The notes beneath the pieces were generated by a model. The model worked only from the letters and a program-made list of their open reading frames with translations, ran no database searches and was not told where the DNA came from. Source: Caldivirga maquilingensis IC-167 (GTDB lineage: Archaea; Thermoproteota; Thermoprotei; Thermoproteales; Thermocladiaceae). From it: DNA of 32,000 nucleotides. Location: the NCBI RefSeq assembly GCF_000018305.1, contig NC_009954.1, forward strand, positions 1,740,001 to 1,772,000, given 5' to 3'. Shown here in pieces: positions 8,688 to 17,227 of the stretch. The first letter of the stretch is position 1; the number at the start of each line of letters is the position of its first letter. Both the position numbers and the translations under genes were made by a program.

Positions 8688-9777
8688 GGTAATGAAGATA
8701 AGTCACTGGAGTGAGTCACTTGTTGTTGACGTTAAGTTGAACCTTGGCCTAGTTAATGAAGATACACCGGGATTATCAAGGGTTCTGGTTAACCTATGGA
8801 AGTGGTCTAGGGGGGTCATGGAGTTGGAGAAGAATGGTGTAACAGTATCATTCAATAACTCGTGGGATCAATTAACAGTATCAATAAAGACGCATAGGGG
8901 TAATTCAACCCTACTCAAGGGCCTTTGGGATGCATTAACTAAGATTGACTTAAGCCTACTGGGTAGAGCAATCAATGAGGCGTCAACGCAGGTTAACGTA
9001 GCCAGGGAGGATACTACGGCGAGAGCAATGGCTGAGGCATTGAGGGGCTTAATGCCTGATTCACCATATGGGAATCACCCTGAGGTTCTCCTTGGGGTTG
9101 ACTTAAGTAGAATTAAGCCTGAGGATGTGAGGAAGGCACTGGATAACCTAGCCTACTACTCAGTGACCGTAGTGGGTGGTGATGTGGATATTGGCGGCTC
9201 TCCAGCTAATCCCAAGTGGCCCAGCGTGAAGGGGTATGGGGATGGGGAGGTTAACGTTAAGTTGAGTGGTAAGGTTCAAAACACCATTGCTGTTGCCTAT
9301 CCTGCTGACTCAATATATGGCAGGGTCTTCAACTACATGGCCTTCAACACCCTTCTAGGTGGCATGGGTTTAATTAGTAGGCTTTACATGGAGATTAGGG
9401 TTAAGAGGGGGTTAGCCTACTACGCCTTCTCAACATACGTACCCCTAGGTGGTGTTGGGTTCCTTGTTGCCTTAGCGGGCACTAGGGAGAAGCATGTTAA
9501 TGAGGTTAAGGAGCTAATACTTAAGACCACTGAATCAATGAGCACAGTGACTGATCATGATGTTGAAATGATTAAGGGTAATCAGAGGGGTAGATTAACG
9601 GTTAGGACGGAGTCACCGGAGGGGTTGGCGCAAATGTACTCGATAATACCTTTATACGGTTTACCTGAGGATTACTATGAAAGATACATTAACTTCCTAT
9701 CCAACCTTAAGGTCAGTGACATAGTAGGCCTCACGCATGGGTTAGAGCACCATTACATAGCAGTGGCTGGTTCCTGA
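8680..9777 (+). CDS. M16-family peptidase homologue lacking the zinc motif (probable non-catalytic partner subunit)
   Basis: 365 aa. It is similar in length and layout to M16 proteins, with C-terminal-domain features such as RLYMEIRVKRGLAYYAFS. The position equivalent to HxxEH reads GLSRVLVNL, so H, E and H are all replaced. Its ATG overlaps the stop of the upstream gene (ATGGCTAA), and GGTGG sits 6 nt upstream, which suggests translational coupling. Confidence 0.7.
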   Translation: MAKVMKISHWSESLVVDVKLNLGLVNEDTPGLSRVLVNLWKWSRGVMELEKNGVTVSFNNSWDQLTVSIKTHRGNSTLLKGLWDALTKIDLSLLGRAINEASTQVNVAREDTTARAMAEALRGLMPDSPYGNHPEVLLGVDLSRIKPEDVRKALDNLAYYSVTVVGGDVDIGGSPANPKWPSVKGYGDGEVNVKLSGKVQNTIAVAYPADSIYGRVFNYMAFNTLLGGMGLISRLYMEIRVKRGLAYYAFSTYVPLGGVGFLVALAGTREKHVNEVKELILKTTESMSTVTDHDVEMIKGNQRGRLTVRTESPEGLAQMYSIIPLYGLPEDYYERYINFLSNLKVSDIVGLTHGLEHHYIAVAGS

Positions 9778-9780
9778 AAA

Positions 9781-10677
9781 CTAAGCCGGCTCAACGTGAG
9801 TGTTCACTGATACGACTGATGGTATACTCTTCATTATATCATCCTCAAGCTTATCCACGATTCTATGAGCATCCTCAACACTATACCAACCTGGAACCTT
9901 AACAATAAGGTCTATTGCATACCCATTACCAGTATTCTTAACCTTAACATCAGAGACGGATACATTATGATCCCTAGCTATGCTGTAAACCCTGCTTACT
10001 ACGCCTGGGTTAATTTGATCAAGCAATACATTTATTGACTCCCTGAAGTAATTAATCCCCAGGTACATTAGGTATGCTGCAATCGCCATGACGGCTACGG
10101 GTTGAATAATGGGTATTATCAGTGAGACTACCAGTGTTGCCGCTATTAGTAATGCATCCAGTAAATCAGCAATGGCGTGCCTAAACTCAAGCTTAAGTAT
10201 TAAGTCACCTGTTTTAATGTAGCCAATCCTTAAGTAAAGTAACCTACTCAGCACTAGGCCAGCAACAGCAATAATAACGTACAATGAATCTAATGGCAAC
10301 CTCTCGATAACACCCTTAATAATGCTAATAATGGCCTCCGCCACTAACCAAAGTGATGCACCCATTATTATTATTGCTACAGTGTACATTGATAAGTACC
10401 TGTACTTAAAATGCCCGTAGGGGTGATCCATGTCAGGTGGTTTTAAGGTTGGTCCAAGTCCAATGTACAGTGAACCCAGTATGACTACATCAAGCATGGT
10501 GTGTAAGCCATCAGCAATAAGCACTGGTACATTCATGATTACACCAGTTAGGAGTTCAATAATTGAGGTGGCGCCAACCAGTAGTGTCGCTATCTTTAAG
10601 TATAGTCTAGCATTACTTCTCATTGGTATTACCTCATTACCACTAGTCCACCTGCTATTAAATAAATTTTCATTCAT
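9781..10677 (-). CDS. Cation diffusion facilitator (CDF) family divalent-metal efflux transporter
   Basis: 298 aa with six hydrophobic helices. LIADGLHTMLDV (TM2 HxxxD) and RHAIADLLDA (TM5 HxxxD) form the CDF metal site. A C-terminal cytoplasmic alpha/beta domain follows (VSDVKVKNTGNGYAIDLIVKV...AHRIVDKLEDDI). The start could instead be the internal Met at 10623. Confidence 0.85.
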   Translation of the reverse strand: MNENLFNSRWTSGNEVIPMRSNARLYLKIATLLVGATSIIELLTGVIMNVPVLIADGLHTMLDVVILGSLYIGLGPTLKPPDMDHPYGHFKYRYLSMYTVAIIIMGASLWLVAEAIISIIKGVIERLPLDSLYVIIAVAGLVLSRLLYLRIGYIKTGDLILKLEFRHAIADLLDALLIAATLVVSLIIPIIQPVAVMAIAAYLMYLGINYFRESINVLLDQINPGVVSRVYSIARDHNVSVSDVKVKNTGNGYAIDLIVKVPGWYSVEDAHRIVDKLEDDIMKSIPSVVSVNTHVEPA

Positions 10678-10714
10678 ACTCGATTCCGATAACGATACTG
10701 ATTTCGAATTTATA

Positions 10715-10733
10715 AACCTAACCCCATTAGGTT
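10715..10733. promoter_or_regulatory. Inverted repeat AACCTAA-ccccaTTAGGTT between divergent CDF and hypothetical genes
   Basis: Perfect 7-bp arms with a 5-nt spacer, adjacent to the TTTATAAA box (about 10708-10716) upstream of the CDF transporter gene. This is a candidate operator, for example for a metal-responsive regulator. Confidence 0.3.
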
Positions 10734-10789
10734 GCTAAACACCACGCTTTGAGGAATTATTTATTAGCTTAAGGGTGATTAATGATTAA

Positions 10790-11371
10790 ATGGTGATTAG
10801 TGAAGAATTCATTAATGAGGCATTAAGCAGGATTAAGCCTGGTGAAGTACTAGTGATATACGTTGATGATCAATCATCATTGGATATTGAAGATGTCGTA
10901 TCAATTAGGATTAATGTGAATGATGATGAGTACTCAATACTAAGGCTAATAGCAGCGGCTAAGGCTCATAATGACCCAGTGTTAATGTCTAAGTGGATTA
11001 TAACTGATGAACTGATTAACAGGAAGTATAGTAGGGCTGGTAGCTTAGCACTCCTAAGCAGAATAATTGATTATATTCTAATAGAGTCTGGGTATGATGG
11101 GTACGTTGCCAGGTCCTTTAATGAACAAGAATTTAGACGAGTACTCATTAATGGGTCTCAGGACTTGAAGTTAAGGGCCCTTGAGGCACTGGGTTTAGAT
11201 GTACCGTTTAGCTTTAGGATGGCTAATAGGACTGATGATATTGATAATGTTATTAGGGGGTTAAGTGGGGAATTTGTAAGTAAGTATCTTGACTTGAGAA
11301 GTTATTTACTTAACAATACGGCTCTAGAGTACTTGCTTAATTACCTAGACCTATTGTTTAGAAATGCTTAA
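10790..11371 (+). CDS. Hypothetical protein (no recognisable family)
   Basis: 193 aa. An A/T box at 10756-10767 lies about 28 nt upstream of the ATG, and codon usage matches the neighbouring genes. I recognise no motif. Confidence 0.55.
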   Translation: MVISEEFINEALSRIKPGEVLVIYVDDQSSLDIEDVVSIRINVNDDEYSILRLIAAAKAHNDPVLMSKWIITDELINRKYSRAGSLALLSRIIDYILIESGYDGYVARSFNEQEFRRVLINGSQDLKLRALEALGLDVPFSFRMANRTDDIDNVIRGLSGEFVSKYLDLRSYLLNNTALEYLLNYLDLLFRNA

Positions 11372-11464
11372 ACTTCGACTATGCCTTAACTTTATATTTA
11401 ATTAGAAATGCCTTTAATATCATGTGGAAAAATAATCTTAAGTCAAGAATATTCCACGGAAAAA

Positions 11465-11476
11465 CTTATAAAATAA
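11465..11476 (+). promoter_or_regulatory. A/T-box promoter element for mdh
   Basis: CTTATAAAATAA, centred about 25 nt upstream of ATG 11496. Confidence 0.5.
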
Positions 11477-11495
11477 TGATGAGTGGAGTAAAACC

Positions 11496-12425
11496 ATGAT
11501 AACAATAGTAGGATCAGGTAGGGTGGGTGCCACAACGGCTGCGTTCCTAATGTTCTATGAACTGGATAATGAAGTAACGCTGATAGATGTAATAAAGGGT
11601 TTACCGCAAGGGGAGGCCCTTGACCTTAATCATGCGGCGGCAATATTAGGGAAGTCAGTTAGGTATAAGGGTAGTAATGATTATAAGGACATGGAGGGCA
11701 GCGACATAGTTATAGTTACTGCTGGTCTAGCGAGGAAGCCAGGCATGACTAGAGAGGAGTTAGCAGGTAAGAATGCTGAAATAATTTCATCGATTGCAGA
11801 TCAGATAAAGAAGTACGCCCCTAATTCAATAGTGATTATTACAACTAATCCACTTGATGCAATGGTTTACGTACTTTATAAGAGACTTGGATTCCCAAGA
11901 AATAGGGTTATCGGCTTCAGCGGTGTCCTGGACTCCAATAGAATGGCTTACTACGCATCCCAGATAATTGGAATAGCCCCAGAGTCAATAATTCCAGTTG
12001 TACTTGGACAGCATGGTGAAAACATGTACCCTGTCCCTGAGGCATCATTCGTCTACGGTAAACCTTTAACAGAGTTCCTGACCCAGGAGCAGTATAATGA
12101 CATTGTTAAGAAGACTATTCAAGCCGGCGCCGACATAACTAATTTAAGGGGATTCAGCAGCAACTGGGGTCCAGCAGCTGGCTTAGCCTTAATGGTTGAT
12201 TCAATAAAGAAGAATAGGAGGAGGGTTTTCGAAGCCTCAGTGTACCTTGATGGTGAATACGGCGTTAAGGACGTCTTCGCCGAGGTCCCTGTTGTATTAG
12301 GTAAGAATGGTGTTGAAAAGATAATTGAATTAAACCTAACTCCAGAGCAGAGGCAGAAGTTCATGCAGAGTATTGAAGCTGTTAAGAAGAACCTAACCCA
12401 GGTACCGCCGCAATACCTTAAGTGA
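11496..12425 (+). CDS. mdh: Malate dehydrogenase (LDH-like MDH family)
   Basis: 309 aa. Contains GSGRVGATTA (Rossmann GxGxxG), AGLARKPGMTREEL, ITTNPLD and the catalytic GQHGENM. The Arg in the substrate-discriminating position of AGLARKPGMTREEL favours malate over lactate. Confidence 0.9.
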   Translation: MITIVGSGRVGATTAAFLMFYELDNEVTLIDVIKGLPQGEALDLNHAAAILGKSVRYKGSNDYKDMEGSDIVIVTAGLARKPGMTREELAGKNAEIISSIADQIKKYAPNSIVIITTNPLDAMVYVLYKRLGFPRNRVIGFSGVLDSNRMAYYASQIIGIAPESIIPVVLGQHGENMYPVPEASFVYGKPLTEFLTQEQYNDIVKKTIQAGADITNLRGFSSNWGPAAGLALMVDSIKKNRRRVFEASVYLDGEYGVKDVFAEVPVVLGKNGVEKIIELNLTPEQRQKFMQSIEAVKKNLTQVPPQYLK

Positions 12426-12466
12426 GGGATTAAGTTAATTAAACCCAATTAACCCCCTTTTTACCA

Positions 12467-13516
12467 ATGGCCTTAAGCAGTGGCGATGTTAAGGAACTGT
12501 TAATTAATCTACTGAAGATATATAGTCCAAGCGGTGAAGAGAGGGGGATTGCTGAATTTATTTCAAGCTTCCTTAAACAGCATGGTGCTGAAGCTTGGAT
12601 TGATGAAGCCGGTAACGTACTTGCAGTGAAGGGGAGCGGTGAGAGAGTTTTATGGCTGCATGCACACATGGATACTGTGCCAGGTTTCATTGAGGTTAGG
12701 GGGGAGGGTGACTTAGTTTACGGTAGAGGTGCCGTTGATGATAAAGGGCCACTTACATCAATGATCACCGCCTTCCTCAACTCCAAACCTGAAGTGACAC
12801 TAGTATTAACCCTAGTGACTAGGGAGGAGAGTGATAGCTTGGGTTCACTAAGCCTAATTAAGAGCAGTCTCCCTAAGCCTGATGGTGTAATTGTCGGTGA
12901 ACCAACTAATATGCACATAGCCTACTCATACAGGGGGAGCGCTAGGGTTGAGGTTAAGTGCCTTGGCCAAGGAGGCCATACAGCAGGGCCTGGGGTTGAG
13001 GATAACCCTATATTGAAGGTTTACTCAGCATTCAACACCGTGGTGGGTAAGCTCGGTAATGGTCAATCAACTGAATCATACACGGTGACACCTACAGTTA
13101 TTAATTGTGGTGACCACCCAAGTAAGGTACCGACTGAATGCACCATGACCGTTAACGTGAGGATACCGTTGAACTCCTCATGCATGGAATTAAGTAAGGT
13201 AATTGAGGGTATTGAGTGCGTTAAGATTATTGACTGCACAGACCCAATAACCGTTAACGTGAATAACCCAGTGGTTAGGTCATTGGTGAGGGCAAGCTTA
13301 AGGAATAATGTTAAGCCAATTCTATCAAAGAAATTGGGTACAAGCGATATGGCTATCCTAGCTAAGTTAACGCTAAACTTAGCAGCCTATGGACCTGGAG
13401 ACCCAACGCTCAGTCATGGTCCAGTGGAGTACATTAATATTAATGATGTTTTACTAGCCAGTAACATCCTCATTAACGTTGTGAATGAATTCGGACGCAT
13501 AAGTATGCAAAGGTAG
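12467..13516 (+). CDS. lysK: M20-family deacylase, [LysW]-lysine/[LysW]-ornithine hydrolase (LysK/ArgE-like)
   Basis: 349 aa. Contains LLKIYSPSGEE, LHAHMDTVPG, GRGAVDDKGP, VGEPTN, NNPVVRSL, KLGTSDMAIL and AYGPGDP. This pattern matches the crenarchaeal LysK/ArgE type of M20 enzymes. No lysW/X/Y/J genes are present in this window. Confidence 0.75.
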   Translation: MALSSGDVKELLINLLKIYSPSGEERGIAEFISSFLKQHGAEAWIDEAGNVLAVKGSGERVLWLHAHMDTVPGFIEVRGEGDLVYGRGAVDDKGPLTSMITAFLNSKPEVTLVLTLVTREESDSLGSLSLIKSSLPKPDGVIVGEPTNMHIAYSYRGSARVEVKCLGQGGHTAGPGVEDNPILKVYSAFNTVVGKLGNGQSTESYTVTPTVINCGDHPSKVPTECTMTVNVRIPLNSSCMELSKVIEGIECVKIIDCTDPITVNVNNPVVRSLVRASLRNNVKPILSKKLGTSDMAILAKLTLNLAAYGPGDPTLSHGPVEYININDVLLASNILINVVNEFGRISMQR

Positions 13517-13640
13517 AAGCTGAGAGCCAATGCTTAGGTAGTGATTTAACTTGTAATCCACGAGGGGTAATCACAGTCTAATAATGCTATAGTAGGCTTG
13601 GTGATGATCATTAAACGTAATTATGGTGATGAAATTGATT

Positions 13641-14597
13641 TTAGGGTATTATTACCCCCTTTATGTATTCTTTAGGCTTCTTCGATGCATATTCTAGGGC
13701 TTCCTGCAATTGATCAAGCCTCCACTCATGGGTTATGAGCTTTTCTTGATTAAATACACCCCTTTCAAGTAGTTTAGCCGCTATTCTCAAGTCAATGGTA
13801 GCGTATTCCTCCCCTGACCTAGCTGGTACCGCCATTACCAGGTCTATTCCCTTGGCATCCCATATCCTAAAGTTCACTTGAACAGGCAGTGAATGGTAAC
13901 TAACTATGCTTAACCTACCCCTCCTACCAATAATTCTAGTCGCTAAATCAACGCCATTTGGATTACCACTAACCTCAAAGACTACGTTAAAGCCATTACC
14001 GTTAGTTAACTCCTTAGTAACCTTATCAACATCATCTACAGTTGGGTTCACTGTGGCTGTCGCCCCAAATTCCTTAGCCAATTTGAGTCTATCATCAATA
14101 ATATCAAACACCGCTAATTCACTGAATCCCATTCCCCTCAATGCCTGGGTGAGTAATAGACCCATGTAGCCTGAACCAACAACCGCAACATAATCCCCAA
14201 GCCTTGGTTGAGTCACCCTAATCACATTAACTATTGCAGCCAGTGGTTCACCTATGGCGTATTCATAAGGTATGTTACTGGGTATTTTCGCAACACTACT
14301 AGCCTTAGCCACTAGGTAATCCGCATAAGCCGGTGAACCAATAGCAATAACCTTATCCCCAGGCTTAAAACCGGTTACATTAGGCCCGACCTCAACAACA
14401 TCACCAACTGGCTCATGCCCAAAGGGGGCAGGCAACGTAAACCATACTGGTAAACCCTTGAATGCATAAATGTCACCACTGCATATTCCTGCAGCCTTCA
14501 CTTTAATTAATACCTCACCTTCACGGGGCTTAGGTGACTCATGCTCCTCAATTCTAACCAAGCCTGCTGAAACAAGTACACCAACCCTATTCTTCAT
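13641..14597 (-). CDS. Zinc-dependent alcohol/polyol dehydrogenase (MDR superfamily)
   Basis: 318 aa. Contains GICSGDIYAFKG (catalytic Cys), FGHEPVGDVVEVG (His/Glu ligands) and the Rossmann motif VVGSGYMGL. The Cys-rich structural-zinc lobe is absent. An A/T box at 14619-14627 is centred 26 nt upstream of the ATG. Confidence 0.85.
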   Translation of the reverse strand: MKNRVGVLVSAGLVRIEEHESPKPREGEVLIKVKAAGICSGDIYAFKGLPVWFTLPAPFGHEPVGDVVEVGPNVTGFKPGDKVIAIGSPAYADYLVAKASSVAKIPSNIPYEYAIGEPLAAIVNVIRVTQPRLGDYVAVVGSGYMGLLLTQALRGMGFSELAVFDIIDDRLKLAKEFGATATVNPTVDDVDKVTKELTNGNGFNVVFEVSGNPNGVDLATRIIGRRGRLSIVSYHSLPVQVNFRIWDAKGIDLVMAVPARSGEEYATIDLRIAAKLLERGVFNQEKLITHEWRLDQLQEALEYASKKPKEYIKGVIIP

Positions 14598-14724
14598 AAC
14601 TTATTAGCAATTCAGTGGTATTAAAGTATATGTTATTTAAGTGCCTTAAATTCATTATTTATATTCTTGTTTCAGCGGGTTTACATGGTTACTCCAGTAG
14701 ATGTGGATTAAGTATTAATGCTTA

Positions 14725-15642
14725 CTAGATTTCAATAATCATACCATCCTTGGCAACCACGGTGCGTGGGAAAACATCACTGGCGCATTTCAAGAAGTCC
14801 CAGTAGTATTCGTAACCGTATCTAAAACTCATGTGAGTGAGCACAAGTAGTTTAGTGCCAGCCTCCTTGGCGTCTAATGCAGCGTCTAGGCATGTTGAAT
14901 GGCCTCTGTTCTCAGCCTCATTAGAATCATTAGGTAGGTATGTTGAGTCATGGATTAGTATTGATGAGTCTTTAGCTAACTTAACCACGTTATCACCTGG
15001 TGACGTATCGCCAGTGTACACTACTTTTATTGACTTATCACCCACATTACTCATCACCATGGATGGCTCAATAACTCTACCATCAGGTAGCGTAATGGTT
15101 TCACCCATTTGAATCCTCCTCCAGTAGGTTACCGGTATGCCTAATTCCCTAGCCTTACCTGGATTAAATGTACCAACTGGTCTCCTTAACGTTATTAAAT
15201 ATGAATTATTCTGAACAGTGTGATAAGTGGTTACGTATCTTAACTCCAGGTTATCCATTGATTCAATTAAAGTAATTTCACTGGTTGGCTTAAGTTCAAT
15301 AACGTTAATTTTGAAAGATGAGTTAACTGGAGTTGGCGTGAAGTCGCTTATCCCCACTGGGCCTATTACGGTTACTGGGGTAACCCTATTGAGCATTAGC
15401 ATTGTTGCTAATAGGCCTGGAAGACCATTAACATGATCCGCGTGCAGGTGAGTAACCATTATGTGGGTTAACTTAAGTGGACTAACTCCAATACTCTCAA
15501 GTCTCCTAACAGTACCCTCACTGGGGTCGATAAGTATCCTATACCTATATACATCAATCAATACACCTGGTAATTCCCTACAGGGCCTGGGTATAGCTCC
15601 GCCGGAACCTAGGAAAATTATCTTAAGCACAGTCTGGTGCAT
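14725..15642 (-). CDS. rnz: Ribonuclease Z (tRNA 3' endonuclease), metallo-beta-lactamase fold
   Basis: 305 aa. Contains IIFLGSGGAIP, HLHADHVNGLPGLL (HxHxDH), a later GDT, and HSTCLDA...THMSFRY. The A/T box on the minus strand (about 15655-15664) fits better with a GTG start at 15630 (MLKIIFLGSGG) than with ATG 15642. Confidence 0.85.
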   Translation of the reverse strand: MHQTVLKIIFLGSGGAIPRPCRELPGVLIDVYRYRILIDPSEGTVRRLESIGVSPLKLTHIMVTHLHADHVNGLPGLLATMLMLNRVTPVTVIGPVGISDFTPTPVNSSFKINVIELKPTSEITLIESMDNLELRYVTTYHTVQNNSYLITLRRPVGTFNPGKARELGIPVTYWRRIQMGETITLPDGRVIEPSMVMSNVGDKSIKVVYTGDTSPGDNVVKLAKDSSILIHDSTYLPNDSNEAENRGHSTCLDAALDAKEAGTKLLVLTHMSFRYGYEYYWDFLKCASDVFPRTVVAKDGMIIEI

Positions 15643-15707
15643 TTCAGCCTAATTTAACTAATTCAGTGTTCAGAATAGAGGAGAGTTAAGAGTAGAATGT
15701 TGTTTGG

Positions 15708-16292
15708 TTAAGGTTTCTGGTTTGTGTCGCATTCGTCATCATAACATATTATAATAGGGTCATTAGCATCATTACTCCTCTTCCTATTGGTAAAGGATTG
15801 AGACACCGGCAGCATTGGTATTGCACGTGTAAGTTTACTTAAATTACCCCTACCCTGAATTATCAGCCATGTCATTAACGCCATACCCATGTTATACAGT
15901 ACTATACCGGAGCCAATGTACTTATCCCCGGTTACACCTTGACCGTAAACCTCAACCATTATTGCTGTGTGACTAGCCATGACTATGTAGGTGTAGTAGG
16001 TTAAAACAGCGAAGGCGCCTACAGCATATATTAGAAGTAGCCATGAACTGGTTCTGCTTCTGGCGTTTTTAATGAAGAATATTGTTGAGGCTAATGATAA
16101 TGCATCGAAGGATAGGAGTGAGGCTAATATGAGTGCGTCTAATACAATATTGAATTCAGCATTACCATACAACCATAGGTGTATTAGCAGGTAATCTATG
16201 GTGTATGCAATAGCAAGCACTGTGATTATACCTCCCCAATACAATATGTTGATTATGGCTTCTGGTATTGGACTGTTCTGGCTCTGGCTCAC
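15708..16292 (-). CDS. Hypothetical integral membrane protein (about 4-5 TM helices)
   Basis: 194 aa with a GTG start. Several hydrophobic helices are followed by a charged Cys/Asp-containing tail (IIICYDDECDTNQKP). An A/T box at 16312-16322 is centred 25 nt upstream of the start. The family was not recognised. Confidence 0.55.
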   Translation of the reverse strand: MSQSQNSPIPEAIINILYWGGIITVLAIAYTIDYLLIHLWLYGNAEFNIVLDALILASLLSFDALSLASTIFFIKNARSRTSSWLLLIYAVGAFAVLTYYTYIVMASHTAIMVEVYGQGVTGDKYIGSGIVLYNMGMALMTWLIIQGRGNLSKLTRAIPMLPVSQSFTNRKRSNDANDPIIICYDDECDTNQKP

Positions 16293-16449
16293 AGTTAATT
16301 ACCTTACAACCCTTTTTTAAGTATTACGCTAATATTATTTAAATATATCGGTCATACACATATGGTTTATAAACGGTTGAATGTTTAAGCGGGGTAGGCT
16401 TATGGAGCGCTGTAAACTTAAACTTTTAATAACTTGATAATTATCAAAA

Positions 16450-17166
16450 TTAATATTTAACTAATCTTATAATCTCGAAGTCATTACCCCTAAGCCTTGA
16501 TATGAAACCCTCCTTCTCAAGGCTTGCTATAGCCCTACTTAAGTAGGATAATGGTACCTTAAGAATCTCCTCACCATACCATTCACTCAACTTATCTGTT
16601 AACTCCATTAGACTCCAATTAACCTTACTATTAGCCTTATACTCATCATTCATAATCCTCCTAATGAAGTTTGATAAATCCTCAACAAGGTTCCACGGAT
16701 ACATGAACCACACCCATTCCTTAACTTCATAGGCGTAGTAATCAGGTTTAAACTTAGCCACAGTGGATATCCACTGTAGGGCACCTGTCCTCACATCAGC
16801 CTTAGGCCACCTTGAGAGAACATGATCCTTAGCAATCACTACACTGTCACCGGTGTCTACAATATCATCAACGATTAGAACCCTTTTACCATTTAAGTCT
16901 ATTTGGGCGACTGGGTACTTAATGTAAGCCTTCTCAGAGACCTGGGCACTACTGGGCCAGTGTACTACCTGTAGGCTAACCAGGTCACTGATACCTAGGT
17001 TATCGCAGAGTAACCTAGCTGGGACATAACCTCCCCTAGCTATGGCTACAACCACATCGGGGATCCATTTACTTTCAATTATCTTATTCGCCAGGGTTGA
17101 AGCCCACGTTACTATATCATCCCAACTAACCAACTTAACAGGGACCTTAACCACAATTAATTTCAA
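16450..17166 (-). CDS. Type I phosphoribosyltransferase (purine/xanthine-guanine PRTase-like) with a C-terminal extension of about 75 aa resembling a winged helix
   Basis: 238 aa. Contains AIARGGYVPARLLCDNLGI, the PRPP loop VLIVDDIVDTGDS, and WVWFMYPWN, which ends the Gpt-like core near residue 160. An extra domain follows: SLMELTDKLSEWYGEEILKVPLSYLSRAIASLEKEGFISRLRGNDFEIIRL. The track start is TTG 17166. A GTG at 17154 is an alternative, given an A/T box near 17181-17190. Confidence 0.8.
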   Translation of the reverse strand: MKLIVVKVPVKLVSWDDIVTWASTLANKIIESKWIPDVVVAIARGGYVPARLLCDNLGISDLVSLQVVHWPSSAQVSEKAYIKYPVAQIDLNGKRVLIVDDIVDTGDSVVIAKDHVLSRWPKADVRTGALQWISTVAKFKPDYYAYEVKEWVWFMYPWNLVEDLSNFIRRIMNDEYKANSKVNWSLMELTDKLSEWYGEEILKVPLSYLSRAIASLEKEGFISRLRGNDFEIIRLVKY

Positions 17167-17227
17167 AGGGATACCCCTGATTTATAAGTATTAAGCTAAT
17201 GATTTAACCTAGTATTAGGTAGTGTTC

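Noticed and set aside
13600-13632. Two copies of GGTGATGA (13600-13607, 13625-13632) in the 124-bp convergent spacer, reminiscent of C and C' boxes of a C/D box sRNA
   Set aside because: No CUGA D or D' box follows either copy at the expected distance of about 12 nt: after the first copy one finds ATTA, and after the second GGTA. No terminal stem can be formed, and the minus strand has no RUGAUGA. This is not sufficient for an sRNA call.
14630-14731. 33-codon hydrophobic mini-ORF (MLFKCLKFIIYILVSAGLHGYSSRCGLSINAY) in the ADH-RNase Z spacer
   Set aside because: Its ATG sits on top of the ADH gene's own A/T box, it has no promoter spacing, and it runs into the RNase Z stop region. It is indistinguishable from chance in AT-rich DNA.
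16383-16423. GC-richer stem-loop (GTTTAAGCG ... CGCTGTAAAC) beginning GCGGGGTAGG, superficially like a tRNA 5' end or att-site remnant
   Set aside because: The sequence cannot be folded into D, anticodon or T arms, lacks U8 and the GTTC/T-loop, and has no partner repeat in the window. It is most likely just an intergenic hairpin between the PRTase stop and the next promoter.
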